NCBI GenBank assembly: GCA_036499165.1
Contig: DASYEE010000143.1
Location: 16,450 to 80,449, forward strand
Direction: 5' to 3'
Source: Galbitalea sp.
GTDB lineage: Bacteria > Actinomycetota > Actinomycetes > Actinomycetales > Microbacteriaceae
Length of the DNA: 64,000 nucleotides
In this document: in pieces, positions 18,772-28,429 of the stretch
How the letters are laid out: each line of letters begins with the position of its first letter
Numbering within the stretch: position 1 is the stretch's first letter
The notes under the pieces: generated by a model
What the model was told of the DNA's origin: nothing
The model's input: only the letters and a program-made list of their open reading frames with translations
Database searches by the model: none
Position numbers and translations under genes: made by a program

Positions 18772-19506
18772 CTAGAAGAAGTCCGGGCTCGGTGTCGAGG
18801 CGTGTCGGATGGAGACATCCGCGTGGCGGTCGAAGCGATAACCGACGCCGCGCACGGTGCGGACGATGTCTTCGTATGCTCCGAGCTTCGAGCGGAGGCG
18901 GCGCACGTGTACGTCGATGGTGCGCTCGTTCGGGATGTCCTCGTCCTCGCCATCGGCCCAGAGTGAGCTGATCAGCTCTGCACGGTCGATCGTGCGACCC
19001 TCGCGCAGCACGAGGTACTGCAGGAGTTCGAACTCCTTGTATGTGAGTGCCGCCGTCTCGCCGTCGAGCACGAGACGCTTGCGCGAGATGTCGATGACGA
19101 CGCCGCCGCGCACCTTGGGTGCCGGCGTCTCGACCTGGCGGTGCTTCGCGAGGGCGGCCGGATCCTGCAGGGCGAGACGGACGACATCCACGTCACGGCC
19201 GCCGGCCCCGCGAGGGGCAAGTGCGACTGCGGCGTAGGTCTCAGCGGACGGTGCGAGCTGCGCTGCGAGCTGCTTGAGCTGTTCGACGAGGGCGCCGAGG
19301 TCGGTGCCCGCCTCCGCGGCCTTTGCCTCGTCGAGACCGACATACAGCACGAAGCCGCGGGCCTCCGTGCCGGTCGGTACTGCACGCAGGCGAGGCGCTT
19401 CAGTCGACTCGACGGCTGGGGCGTCGATGGGGGTTGGCGCTGCCGAAACGGGAGCGATGGATGAGCGTCGAGCGGTCGTTGGGAGGTCGAGGGTTGCGAG
19501 AGACAT
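18772..19506 (-). CDS. OmpR/PhoB-type winged-helix regulator without a canonical receiver domain
   Basis: LTYKEFELL, RTIDVHVRRLRSKL, TVRGVGYRF; AAAGGA RBS before ATG 19506. Confidence 0.88.
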   Translation of the reverse strand: MSLATLDLPTTARRSSIAPVSAAPTPIDAPAVESTEAPRLRAVPTGTEARGFVLYVGLDEAKAAEAGTDLGALVEQLKQLAAQLAPSAETYAAVALAPRGAGGRDVDVVRLALQDPAALAKHRQVETPAPKVRGGVVIDISRKRLVLDGETAALTYKEFELLQYLVLREGRTIDRAELISSLWADGEDEDIPNERTIDVHVRRLRSKLGAYEDIVRTVRGVGYRFDRHADVSIRHASTPSPDFF

Positions 19507-19696
19507 GGCGTCTAGTCCTTTGAAGCTGCGAAGGGCCTCGGAGTCGAGGGGTGATCCTTCTGGGATGAAGTCGAGGAGTGCGGTGCTTGGATCGCCTTCG
19601 TCGATGACGACGGGATCCGGGAGCCGGGCATCTTCAGATTCAGAGGAATTCATCTACTGCTGAATCTTTGCCTGCGGCTCGGCGACGGTTGGCCGA

Positions 19697-19816
19697 TTAG
19701 GCACACATTCGACAACACATGACAGCGCTGCTCGGCATCGCTGCGCCGTTCAACAGCATCATGCCGGCAGTCCCACGGGCCTCAGGGGAGGTCAGGGAGT
19801 GCGCGTTCAGAGTCAT
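19697..19816 (-). CDS. Leaderless Met/Cys-rich leader peptide, 39 aa (MTLNAHSLTSPEARGTAGMMLLNGAAMPSSAVMCCRMCA)
   Basis: ATG lies 6 nt after -10 GATAGT; TTGACA -35 at 18-bp spacing; ends MCCRMCA*. Confidence 0.75.
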   Translation of the reverse strand: MTLNAHSLTSPEARGTAGMMLLNGAAMPSSAVMCCRMCA

Positions 19817-19822
19817 GCTGCA

Positions 19823-19852
19823 ACTATCTTGCATTCGCGCGCGATATGTCAA
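19823..19852 (-). promoter_or_regulatory. Sigma-A promoter TTGACA-18-GATAGT
   Basis: Perfect -35 hexamer; predicted TSS at the A of the uORF ATG. Confidence 0.7.
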
Positions 19853-19926
19853 GTTGGCGAAGGCAAATACGCAGGTTTCCGCCGCTTCTGTGTTTTTTCC
19901 GCGGTGAGGGGCGGAAAAAGTCCTGG

Positions 19927-20559
19927 TCAGACCGTGCCGTAGAGCCGATCGCCTGCGTCGCCGAGCCCCGGCACGATGTAGCCGACCTCGTTGAGCTTCT
20001 CATCCTGCGCGCCGACAACGATTGTGACTTCGCGGCCGACCGTCGCGGCCTCGACCGCTGCGAGACCCTCGGGGGCTGCGATCAGGCACACGCACGTGAC
20101 ATCCACGGCGCCGCGCTCGAACAGGTAGTTGATGGCGGCGATCAATGATCCGCCAGTCGCCAGCATCGGGTCGAGCACGAAGCACTGGCGATTCGAGAGG
20201 TCGTCCGGGAGTCGCTCCGCGTAGATGTCTGGCTGCAGCGTCTCTTCGTTCCGCACCATCCCGAGGAACCCGACCTCTGCGGTCGGGACCAGCTTGACCA
20301 TGCCCTCCAGCATCCCGAGCCCTGCGCGGAGGATCGGCACCACGAGCGGGCGAGGGGAGCTGATCGCGAGACCTTTTGCTTCGGAGACCGGGGTCTGCAC
20401 GATGACCTCTTCTACGCGCACGTTGCGCGTCGCCTCGTACGCGAGCAGGGTCACCAACTCTTCCGCCAGCGCGCGAAAGGTGGGCGACGGCGTCGTCGCG
20501 TCCCGCAGCACCGTGAGTTTGTGGGTGATCAGGGGGTGGTCGGCTACATGCACTCGCAT
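19927..20559 (-). CDS. upp: Uracil phosphoribosyltransferase
   Basis: [41 protein letters not shown]. Confidence 0.97.
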   Translation of the reverse strand: MRVHVADHPLITHKLTVLRDATTPSPTFRALAEELVTLLAYEATRNVRVEEVIVQTPVSEAKGLAISSPRPLVVPILRAGLGMLEGMVKLVPTAEVGFLGMVRNEETLQPDIYAERLPDDLSNRQCFVLDPMLATGGSLIAAINYLFERGAVDVTCVCLIAAPEGLAAVEAATVGREVTIVVGAQDEKLNEVGYIVPGLGDAGDRLYGTV

Positions 20560-20586
20560 AGGCTCAATCTAATCGAAGGGAGGGCC

Positions 20587-21039
20587 GTGCAGCGCTACGA
20601 CCAGTGGATGCGCGAGGCCATCGCCGAGGCGCGCCTGGCCCTCGACACCGGTGACGTCCCCGTTGCGGCGATCGTCTATGCGGCAGACGGCCGTGTACTC
20701 GGGGTCGGCCGCAACGAACGTGAGAAGCTGCACGACCCGACCGCGCATGCCGAGGTGCTGGCGATCCGGGCGGCGGCGGCGGTGATCGACGACTGGCACC
20801 TCGAGGATGCCACCCTTGTCGTCACCCTCGAACCGTGCGTGATGTGCGCGGGCGCCATCCTGAACGCCCGCATCCCGCGCGTGGTGTTCGGCGCGTGGGA
20901 CGAGAAGGCCGGAGCGGTCGGAAGCGTTCACGACCTGCTCCGCGACCGGAGGCTGAACCATCGGGTCGAGGTCATCGCCGGCGTCGAGGCGGAGGCCGCC
21001 GCGGCCCTTCTCCTCGACTTCTTCCGTGCCCGTCGCTAG
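20587..21039 (+). CDS. tadA: tRNA adenosine deaminase
   Basis: DPTAHAE, TLEPCVMCAGA, KAGAVGS, RLNH. Confidence 0.92.
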   Translation: MQRYDQWMREAIAEARLALDTGDVPVAAIVYAADGRVLGVGRNEREKLHDPTAHAEVLAIRAAAAVIDDWHLEDATLVVTLEPCVMCAGAILNARIPRVVFGAWDEKAGAVGSVHDLLRDRRLNHRVEVIAGVEAEAAAALLLDFFRARR

Positions 21040-21069
21040 GTCCCGACCATCCGTTCCGCTCGAATCTGT

Positions 21070-21141
21070 CGAGCGCCGGAAGAAACGACATCAGACACCA
21101 CGCTGGAGCGCGGTGTCTGATGTCGTTTCTTCCGGCGCTCG
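21070..21141. repeat. Perfect 30-bp inverted repeat (long hairpin) between convergent genes
   Basis: CGAGCGCCGGAAGAAACGACATCAGACACC-12nt-exact reverse complement. Confidence 0.92.
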
Positions 21142-21162
21142 GAGGGAAGTAGGCAGGAGGCC

Positions 21163-22122
21163 CTAGTCGGCGGCGCGGATGATGATCGACTCGGTTGAGG
21201 CGCCGTCGCCCTTCGGCTGATAGACATCGGGCTCGAGATAGATAATGCGTGCCATCGGAACAGCGGCGCGGATGGCGGCCTCGACAGCGTTGATCGCCGT
21301 GGCGACATCCGCGAGTTTCTTCGTCCTGGCAAAGGCGATCTTCGCGCCGACCAGCAGTTCCTCCGGCCCGAGGTAGAGGGTGCGGATGTGGATGAGTGCC
21401 TCGACATCCGGATGCGCGTTGATCGCGTCTCGAATCGCGGTCACGTCGGCCGGGGACGCGCCCTCGCCGACGAGCAGGCTCTTCGTCTCCATTCCGAGCA
21501 CGAGCGCGACGAGCACGAGCAGCACGCCGATGCAGAGGGTACCGATCGCGTCGAACACCCCGTTGCCGGTGATGATTGTGAGCCCCACGCCGAGAAAGGC
21601 GAGGGTGAGACCGACCAGCGCTGCGAAGTCTTCGAGCAGCACGACGGGCAGCTCCGGAGCCTTCGCGTGCCGAATGAACTGCACCAGCGACTCGCCTGCG
21701 CGCGTATGCCGCGACTCCCGAACCGCGGTGCGGAACGAGAAAGCCTCGAGGACGATGGATGCCACGAGCACGCCGACAGGCCACCACGGGTTGTCGAGAG
21801 GGTGCGGATGCTGCAGCTTCTCGATGCCCTCGTAGATCGAGAACACACCGCCAACCGAGAACAGGATGATCGACACTACGAACGCGTACACGAATCGCTC
21901 GCGTCCGTACCCGAACGGATGCGCCTGGTCGGCCTCCTTGCGCGACTTGCGCCCGCCGAGCATGAGCAGCAGCTGATTGCCGGTGTCGGCCAGCGAGTGC
22001 ACGCTCTCCGCGAGCATCGAGCTCGAGCCGGAGAACAGGAACGCCACGAATTTGATCACGGCAATGCCGAGGTTTGCGAGGAGTGCAGCAACGATTGCGC
22101 GATTGCCGCCCGGGGTGCTCAT
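21163..22122 (-). CDS. Cation diffusion facilitator family transporter
   Basis: SMLAESVHSLADTGNQ, HPFGYGRE, LLEDFAAL. Confidence 0.92.
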   Translation of the reverse strand: MSTPGGNRAIVAALLANLGIAVIKFVAFLFSGSSSMLAESVHSLADTGNQLLLMLGGRKSRKEADQAHPFGYGRERFVYAFVVSIILFSVGGVFSIYEGIEKLQHPHPLDNPWWPVGVLVASIVLEAFSFRTAVRESRHTRAGESLVQFIRHAKAPELPVVLLEDFAALVGLTLAFLGVGLTIITGNGVFDAIGTLCIGVLLVLVALVLGMETKSLLVGEGASPADVTAIRDAINAHPDVEALIHIRTLYLGPEELLVGAKIAFARTKKLADVATAINAVEAAIRAAVPMARIIYLEPDVYQPKGDGASTESIIIRAAD

Positions 22123-22145
22123 AGCCCAATCCTAAGATGGGGCTC

Positions 22146-22967
22146 ATGGTCACCCTCCCGTCAATTGCAATTCTCGGCACCGGTTCGATGGGAGGCGCCA
22201 TCCTCTCCGGGCTCGTGCAGCCCGGAGTCGACGTGAGCGGCGGCATCCGCGTCACGAATCGCACCGCAGCAAAGGCCAAGCCCCTGGCATCGGACACCGT
22301 CGAATCCTTTGCGCTCGAGACCAACCCGGATGCCAACAAGCGAGCCCTCGCCGGCGCCCGCGTCGTGATCGTCGGCGTCAAGCCCGCGATGGTCGCCGAC
22401 CTGCTGCGGGATGTCGCCCCCCACCTCCCTCCGGACGCGATCGTCGTCAGCGTGGCGGCCGGTGTCACCATCGCGACCATGGAGTCGCTCATCCCCTCGG
22501 TCGTTCTCCGCGCGATGCCCAACACACCCGCGGTCGTTGGACGAGCGGTCACGGGCCTCGCCGCCGGCTCGCGCGCGAGTGCCGAGGATGTCGCGACTGC
22601 CCGAGCCGTGTTCGAGACTGTCGGCACCGTGCTCGAGGTCCCTGAAGGCAAGATCGATGCGCTCAGCACCATCTCGGGTTCGGGTCCCGCGTACGTCTTC
22701 TACTTCATCGAAGAGCTGACCCGCACCGCGGTCGATCTGGGCTTCACGGCGAATGAGGCCGCTGTGATGGTCAACGGGACCTTCCTCGGCGCATCCGAAC
22801 TGCTGGCGTCGAGCGACGTCGATCCGGCGGAGTTGCGACGCCGCGTCACCAGCCCGAAGGGGACGACGGAGCGCGCGATCGAGGTCTTGCAGTCGGCCGA
22901 TCTCAAGCACCTGTTCGACCGCGCGACTGCGGCTGCGCTGGCCCGCGCCAGGGAGCTCGCTGGGTGA
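22146..22967 (+). CDS. proC: Pyrroline-5-carboxylate reductase
   Basis: GTGSMG, VKP, RAMPNTP, SGSGPAY, VTSPKGTT; TAAGAT -10 seven nt before ATG 22146. Confidence 0.95.
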   Translation: MVTLPSIAILGTGSMGGAILSGLVQPGVDVSGGIRVTNRTAAKAKPLASDTVESFALETNPDANKRALAGARVVIVGVKPAMVADLLRDVAPHLPPDAIVVSVAAGVTIATMESLIPSVVLRAMPNTPAVVGRAVTGLAAGSRASAEDVATARAVFETVGTVLEVPEGKIDALSTISGSGPAYVFYFIEELTRTAVDLGFTANEAAVMVNGTFLGASELLASSDVDPAELRRRVTSPKGTTERAIEVLQSADLKHLFDRATAAALARARELAG

Positions 22968-23264
22968 GCCTGTCGAAACCCGCGCGGCGAGCTGCCCGCC
23001 GTAGTTCCGCTGGTCGAGTAGCCGCGGCGCAGCCCGGCGTTATCGAGACCGGCCTCACAACGCGCGTGGGGCTGGTCTCGATGACGCGGGCTCCTTCGTC
23101 GCGCCGCTACTCGACCGGCGGGTATCGCGGGCTCCTTCGTGGCGCCGCTACTCGACCAGCGGATGACGCGGGCTCCTTCTTCGCGCCGCTACTCGACCGG
23201 CGGGTGACGCAGGCTCCTTCTTCGCGCCGCTACTCGACCGGCGGGGGTTTCGACAGGCTCAACC
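22963..23264. repeat. Nested REP cluster: outer GG(T)TGAGCCTGTCGAAACC inverted pair enclosing a GTAG-type REP array
   Basis: One GGTCGAGTAG..TATCGAGACC unit and four ..CGCCGCTACTCGACC units (~40-bp period). Confidence 0.9.
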
Positions 23265-24704
23265 GGCAACGGCGCGACGGCCGCGGGCGATGCCGAAGCC
23301 GACGAGGGCCGCGGCGACAACAGTGAGCACAACGCCCGCGACCACGATCGCGGCCTCGAACTGGGCGGTCTGCGCTCCCGTCCAGTTGCCTGTCGCGATG
23401 TCCCCGGCGAAGAACGTCGCGACAACCGTGCCAGCCACGGCGATTCCCACGCCCGTGGCGACCTCGGACGCGGTGTCGACAAGGGCAGCGCCGATCGACG
23501 TGCGGTTCTCCGGCAGGCCGCGGAGCACGTTCGTCCCCGCGACGACGCCGTTGACGCGGATCCCCGCAGCGACAAGAGCCAGGGCGATCGCGATCCACAC
23601 GTAGCCGAAGTTGCTGAGGAGGCCGTAGATGGCGAGTCCCGAGACGACGGCCGCGGCGCTCAGCCACGCAGACCGATCGAGGCCCACTCGTTCGATGAAC
23701 TTGTTTGCGAGCGGGCCGCCGAAAATGAGGACGACCACCTGCGGAAGCATCCCCACGGAGGCGAGGTATGGCGGCCATCCCCAGTCGAGCTGCAGCTGCA
23801 GGGTCACCAGGTAGCCCATGGCGGCAACGGCGAGCCCGGTCGCCGCCTTGTATGCGAGCCCGCTTGCGACCAGCGGCCGCGCCACGAGCTTCAGGTCGAG
23901 AAGGGGATGTTCGGCTGAGCGCTCCCGCAGCACGAACAGGGTCGCGGCGACCACGGCTGCTGCGCTCGCGGTCCACGGCGCCCATGAGCCAGCGCCATCG
24001 TTCACGAACAGGGTCGGTGCCACAAGCGCGAGGATGATCGTCACGGTACCGAGGGCAGCGCCCGCGACGTCGATGGGGTCGCGGTGCAGCTCCGCCGCGA
24101 CGTCTCTCGCGATGCCGATCCGGATGCCGATGAACGCGAGGATCGCGATCGGCACGTTGACCAACAGCAGGACCTGCCACGGCGCGACCGCGAGGATGAA
24201 GCCGCCCGCTGTCGGGCCGATCGCGAGCCCGACGAGACCGACCGTGGAGATCAGTGTCATCGCGCGAACCCGGAGCGTGTCCCCTTGGAACAGACGGAAA
24301 GCCAGCGCAATTGACCCCGGCGTGGTCATCGCGGCGGCGGCGCCCATCACCGCTCGCACGGCGATGAGCTCGGGTGATGTCGTCACGAAGGCGGTGGCGA
24401 GGCTGGCGGCTCCCAGCAGCACGAGGCCGACGAGCATGACCCGACGTCGACCGACGCGATCTGCTATCGCGCCGAAGACCAGCATCAGCCCGCCGAACAC
24501 GACGGCGTAGACGCCTGTCACCCACTCCAGCGAGAGCGTGGAGGCGTGCAGGTCGCGGCCGATAGTCGGCAGCGCGACGTTCAGTATCGAGTTATCGAGC
24601 ATCTCGAACAGGAACACCGCAGAGAGCCCGGCGAGGGCGATCCACGCCTCGCGCAGCGACTGGGGTGACTGGCGCGAATTCGAAGAGGTTTGCTGTGATG
24701 TCAT
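23259..24704 (-). CDS. MFS transporter (DHA2/14-TM type)
   Basis: LDNSILNVALPTI, GAIADRVGRRR motif A, HPLLDL. Confidence 0.9.
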   Translation of the reverse strand: MTSQQTSSNSRQSPQSLREAWIALAGLSAVFLFEMLDNSILNVALPTIGRDLHASTLSLEWVTGVYAVVFGGLMLVFGAIADRVGRRRVMLVGLVLLGAASLATAFVTTSPELIAVRAVMGAAAAMTTPGSIALAFRLFQGDTLRVRAMTLISTVGLVGLAIGPTAGGFILAVAPWQVLLLVNVPIAILAFIGIRIGIARDVAAELHRDPIDVAGAALGTVTIILALVAPTLFVNDGAGSWAPWTASAAAVVAATLFVLRERSAEHPLLDLKLVARPLVASGLAYKAATGLAVAAMGYLVTLQLQLDWGWPPYLASVGMLPQVVVLIFGGPLANKFIERVGLDRSAWLSAAAVVSGLAIYGLLSNFGYVWIAIALALVAAGIRVNGVVAGTNVLRGLPENRTSIGAALVDTASEVATGVGIAVAGTVVATFFAGDIATGNWTGAQTAQFEAAIVVAGVVLTVVAAALVGFGIARGRRAVAG

Positions 24705-24716
24705 GTCACTAGGTTA

Positions 24717-24736
24717 TGTGACTAAATTAAGTCGCA
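24717..24736. promoter_or_regulatory. Putative TetR operator
   Basis: TGTGACT-AAATTA-AGTCGCA imperfect palindrome between divergent MFS and TetR genes. Confidence 0.55.
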
Positions 24737-24774
24737 CAAGCACTAAGTTGAGAGACACAAGGAAGCGAGACCGG

Positions 24775-25383
24775 ATGCCGAGGACCAGCGAGCGGGGTGG
24801 CCCACAAACGCGCGCGCGCATCCGTGAAACCGCCAACCGGTTGTTCATCGAGCGCGGCTACGACTCCGTGACGGTCGCGGAGGTCGCGCGCGAGGCGGGC
24901 GTCTCGAGCGTGACTGTCTTCAATCACTTTCCGCGCAAGGAAGACCTGTTTCTCGATCGCACCTCCGATGCCGTCGACCTCCTTCGCTCGGCCGTCCGGG
25001 AACGCGCCGATGGGATGACGGTCCTCGCTTCGCTGCGTGAGACGAGCATCCGCCTGTTCGACGCACGTCACCCGCTTTCCGGCGTCGACGAACGATCAAC
25101 GCCCTTCTTCCGCACCGTCGCCGGTTCGCCGGCGCTGGTCGCCCGCGCCCGCGAGATCCTCTCCGAGCTGCAGCACACCCTTGCCGACGAACTCGATCGC
25201 GACGGAAGGTTCGAGGGCGATGCGAACCTCGTAGCAACGCTCTTTCTCGCGGGCTACGCGAGTGTTCTGGTCGAGACGGCGCAGCATCTCATGGCGGGAC
25301 AGTCGCGCAGCTCAATGCTCGATGATCACCGCGCCAGGCTCGATCGCCTCTTCGATGCGCTGACAACGGGGGTCGGCCCCTAA
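24775..25383 (+). CDS. TetR family regulator
   Basis: LFIERGYDSVTVAEVAREAGVSSVTVFNHFPRKEDL. Confidence 0.92.
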   Translation: MPRTSERGGPQTRARIRETANRLFIERGYDSVTVAEVAREAGVSSVTVFNHFPRKEDLFLDRTSDAVDLLRSAVRERADGMTVLASLRETSIRLFDARHPLSGVDERSTPFFRTVAGSPALVARAREILSELQHTLADELDRDGRFEGDANLVATLFLAGYASVLVETAQHLMAGQSRSSMLDDHRARLDRLFDALTTGVGP

Positions 25384-25407
25384 GCCTCGCCCCGAGCGGG
25401 GGATCGC

Positions 25408-26091
25408 TCAGGATGCCGCGGGCAGAGGATCGATCAGGTGCGGCCCCGTGTTCTTCACGCTGTTGACGTCCCGACTGACCTCGTAGTGCTGCAACTGGTC
25501 TGCCACCTCGAGCGATTCTCGTTCGAGGATCGCCTGTGCCGAGTCGGTGTCGAGGTCTGGCGAGAGCCAGTCGTCGTAGGCGTCGGGGGTCAGGCAGGCT
25601 GGCATCCTGTCGTGCACCTCGCCGGGAGCGACATGCGCGTCTCGCGTGAGGATGGCGGTTGAGACCAGCCAGCGATCCGGCGCGTCCTTCTCCTTGGTCG
25701 GGTCTGGCCACGCGGTCACTAACCCCGCCATCGCCAGCGAGTGCCCCGGATCGAAGATGAAGTGCGGTTGCTTGCCCGTCTCGGTGACCGTCCACTCGTA
25801 GTAGCCGGCGGCGGGGATGATGCACCGGCCCGAGGCGAACGCCTTACGGAACATGCCTGAGGTCGCAGCGCTCTCCATCCGCGCGTTGATCGGCTGCGGC
25901 TGCTGTTTGGCGCTCTTCGCCCAACTCGGGATGAAGCCCCAGTGCACCTTCGGAGCTTCGCGCTCGCCGTGGCGGTTGCGCACCACCGTAATCGACGCCG
26001 TTGGAGCGACGTTGTAATCGTCTTCCAGGCCGAGGTCTGCGATGAGGCCCGGCAGGTCGACTTTTTGGTTCACGACAAAGCGACCGCACAT
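25408..26091 (-). CDS. SOS response-associated peptidase (SRAP/YedK/HMCES abasic-site protein)
   Basis: N-terminal MCGRF, YNVAPT, INARME, GYYEW, HDRMP. Confidence 0.93.
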   Translation of the reverse strand: MCGRFVVNQKVDLPGLIADLGLEDDYNVAPTASITVVRNRHGEREAPKVHWGFIPSWAKSAKQQPQPINARMESAATSGMFRKAFASGRCIIPAAGYYEWTVTETGKQPHFIFDPGHSLAMAGLVTAWPDPTKEKDAPDRWLVSTAILTRDAHVAPGEVHDRMPACLTPDAYDDWLSPDLDTDSAQAILERESLEVADQLQHYEVSRDVNSVKNTGPHLIDPLPAAS

Positions 26092-26147
26092 AATCCCATC
26101 TTGGCGCAACCCACTGACGTGGCGGATGTGCGGCAGTACCGTGAGGC

Positions 26148-26555
26148 ATGGCCACCACAACCACACGAACGCGCCAAATGCCGGACGACCCGAAGTCGGA
26201 GAAGAAGCTGGGCTGGTTCGACCGCTTCGCAACCGCCGCGTCAAAGATCGTGAGCAGGGCGGTGTTCTTCGCGTTCTGTGTCGTCCTCGTGATCGTCTGG
26301 GCGCCATCCATCGTGTTCCTGCACAGCATCAGCACCTGGCAGCTCATCATCAACACGGCGACGACGATCATCACCTTCCTGCTGGTCGCGCTCCTGCAGA
26401 ACACCCAGGAGCGCTCGGATAAGGCGTCGCAGGAGAAGCTGAACGCGATCGCGGATTCGCTGAGCAAGTTCATGACGGCGCAGGGACTCGAGAAGGAGGC
26501 CAGGGAGCTCCGCAACGCGGTAGGGCTCGAAGAGCGCGAGAGCAGCAAAGGCTAG
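26148..26555 (+). CDS. Low-affinity iron permease family protein
   Basis: TWQLIINTATTIITFLLVALLQNTQ, KLNAI. Confidence 0.85.
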   Translation: MATTTTRTRQMPDDPKSEKKLGWFDRFATAASKIVSRAVFFAFCVVLVIVWAPSIVFLHSISTWQLIINTATTIITFLLVALLQNTQERSDKASQEKLNAIADSLSKFMTAQGLEKEARELRNAVGLEERESSKG

Positions 26556-26589
26556 CCAGCGCGGGGGAGCAAGCGACTACCCTGACTGC

Positions 26590-27060
26590 ATGGCCGACAT
26601 CTTCGACGTGGTAGCTGACCTGACGCGCCGCGAACTGCTCCAGTTGCTGCTCCAGTCCGGCGAGATCAGCGTCGGCGAGATCGTCGAGCGTACCTCGCTC
26701 ACCCAACCAACGGTGTCAAAGCACCTGAAGGTCCTGCGCGATCATGGCATCGTGCGCGTGCGCGAGGAGGGCCAGCACCGCTACTACACGCTTGATGCTG
26801 GCCCGCTCGAGGAGCTCGAGACGTGGGTCGTCCCGTTCCTCGGCAGCGACTTCGAGGATGCCCCGCGAGACCAGGTCGCGAGCTCGTCCGCCCAGCCGGA
26901 ACGCTCGGCCGTCAGCGCCGCAATCGCCGCCTGGCCGGGATCGGACGCCGGCGAAAGGGTAGGGCGTGTCGTCGCTGATGGGTCATTCAAAGCTCTTTCA
27001 CGGATTCATGACGCGCAGGATGAGCTCACCCGGCGCATCCACCGGGCAACCGGAAGGTAG
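26590..27060 (+). CDS. ArsR/SmtB family regulator
   Basis: VADLTRRELL, TQPTVSKHLKVLR, EGQHRYY. Confidence 0.9.
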   Translation: MADIFDVVADLTRRELLQLLLQSGEISVGEIVERTSLTQPTVSKHLKVLRDHGIVRVREEGQHRYYTLDAGPLEELETWVVPFLGSDFEDAPRDQVASSSAQPERSAVSAAIAAWPGSDAGERVGRVVADGSFKALSRIHDAQDELTRRIHRATGR

Positions 27061-27164
27061 ACGCGGGGTCACATCTGCCCCTATATTTACGATTTAGCAC
27101 TCCAGTAACACGGGGAGTACTCAACTCGAGTCACGTGACTTCTTGATCCAGGGGGCGTAAAGCA

Positions 27165-27356
27165 ATGGCAGACCTGTCTGGCGTGCGCTTTCTGACGGTG
27201 GCTGAGGTCGCCGAGATGATGCGTGTTTCCAACATGACCGTGTATCGACTGGTTCATTCCGGGGAATTGCCGGCCGTGCGCTTCGGTCGCTCGTTTCGCA
27301 TCCCCGAATCGGCGGTGGCTGCTGCCATTGAAACGCCCGACTCTCGCGTGGGGTAA
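27165..27356 (+). CDS. Small excisionase-like HTH DNA-binding protein (Rv0500A-like)
   Basis: FLTVAEVAEMMRVSNMTVYRLVHSGELPAVRFGRSFR; conserved position before bS22. Confidence 0.9.
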   Translation: MADLSGVRFLTVAEVAEMMRVSNMTVYRLVHSGELPAVRFGRSFRIPESAVAAAIETPDSRVG

Positions 27357-27428
27357 AGTAGTCCAGTTGTGTCTTCCGCGGTTCTGAACGGACCGGAGGT
27401 CCGTTTAGAACATTCAGCGAGGTGATTT

Positions 27429-27527
27429 ATGGGTTCCGTCATCAAGAAGCGCCGCAAGCGCATGGCGAAAAAGAAGCACCGCAAGCTGCTTCGCAAGACG
27501 CGTCACCAGCGTCGCAACAAGAAGTAG
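27429..27527 (+). CDS. 30S ribosomal protein bS22 (AURKAIP1/COX24 domain), missing from the ORF track
   Basis: [32 protein letters not shown]; RBS GAGGTG. Confidence 0.95.
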   Translation: MGSVIKKRRKRMAKKKHRKLLRKTRHQRRNKK

Positions 27528-27574
27528 CGCGAGTTTCGCATCGCAAGTTTTGAAAAGGCGTTAGGCCCCAGGGT

Positions 27575-28366
27575 CTAGCGCTTTTTTGCTGCCGCGGGCC
27601 GGGGCGTTTTGCCACTGGTTGTCGCCTTGGCGTCCCGGCGCACGCGCTTGCGGGCCTCTCGGATGCTCGCGCGCTTCAACTGCAGGATCGGCCAGTGCAG
27701 GGCTTTGGCGTGCTTCGTCAGTCGCGCATCCGGGTTCACCACCACGCGGTTGCCGACAAGGCTGAGCAGGGGGATGTCGTTGCGGGAATCCGAGTACGCC
27801 CAGCAGTCCTCGAGGTTAGCGCCGAGCGCCTTCGCGAAGGCTCTTGCGGCGACGGCCTTATCTTCGCCGTGGAGCACCGGCCCATCGAACTCGCCCGTGA
27901 AGAAGCCATCCTCCGCCTTGAATTTCGTGCCGAGTGCGCCGGTGAGCCCCAACCGCTGAGCGATAACGCCGCCGACGATCTGGGGAGTCGCGCTGATCAG
28001 CCAGACCTGGTGGCCCTTGGCGAGGTGCTCTTGCGTGAGGCCGACCGTCTCGGGCCAGAGTCGCTTCTCGATGTCGCGCTCGAATACGCCGGTCGCGATG
28101 TCCTCGAGTTCGACCTCGGTGTAGCCCTTGATGAGAACCAGCGCCCGATCTTTGATCGAACCGAGGTGCTTATTGTTCTCTCCGACGAACAGGAACGTGG
28201 CCTGGTGCCAGCAGAATTTCAGAATCTCGAGCGAGCGGAGGATGCCCATCCGTCGTGCCGCTTTGGCGAGGTGGAAGGCGCTCGCGCCCCGCAGCAGGGT
28301 GTTATCGACGTCGAAGAAAGCGACGATGGGAGCATCGGTGGTCGCCTCGGGAGTCGCGTCGGACAT
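27575..28366 (-). CDS. HAD-IB family hydrolase (SerB-like)
   Basis: AFFDVDNTL, ISAT, AYSDSRNDIPLL, VNPD. Confidence 0.9.
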   Translation of the reverse strand: MSDATPEATTDAPIVAFFDVDNTLLRGASAFHLAKAARRMGILRSLEILKFCWHQATFLFVGENNKHLGSIKDRALVLIKGYTEVELEDIATGVFERDIEKRLWPETVGLTQEHLAKGHQVWLISATPQIVGGVIAQRLGLTGALGTKFKAEDGFFTGEFDGPVLHGEDKAVAARAFAKALGANLEDCWAYSDSRNDIPLLSLVGNRVVVNPDARLTKHAKALHWPILQLKRASIREARKRVRRDAKATTSGKTPRPAAAKKR

Positions 28367-28429
28367 CCGCTCAGTCTAGGCAGCGGAGGTGAACATCGTC
28401 CCCAGCGGGGTTACGAATAGGCTGGTGCC

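Noticed and set aside
19507-19653. 49-aa N-terminal extension of the wHTH regulator
   Set aside because: ATG 19506 has a good RBS; the extension is better explained as the attenuator leader
22963-23264. CRISPR-like short repeats and the 120-aa ORF 22964-23326
   Set aside because: Adjacent palindromic REP units without spacers; the ORF is translated repeat DNA
27165-27356. Excisionase suggesting a prophage
   Set aside because: This is the conserved chromosomal Rv0500A-like gene beside bS22 in core synteny
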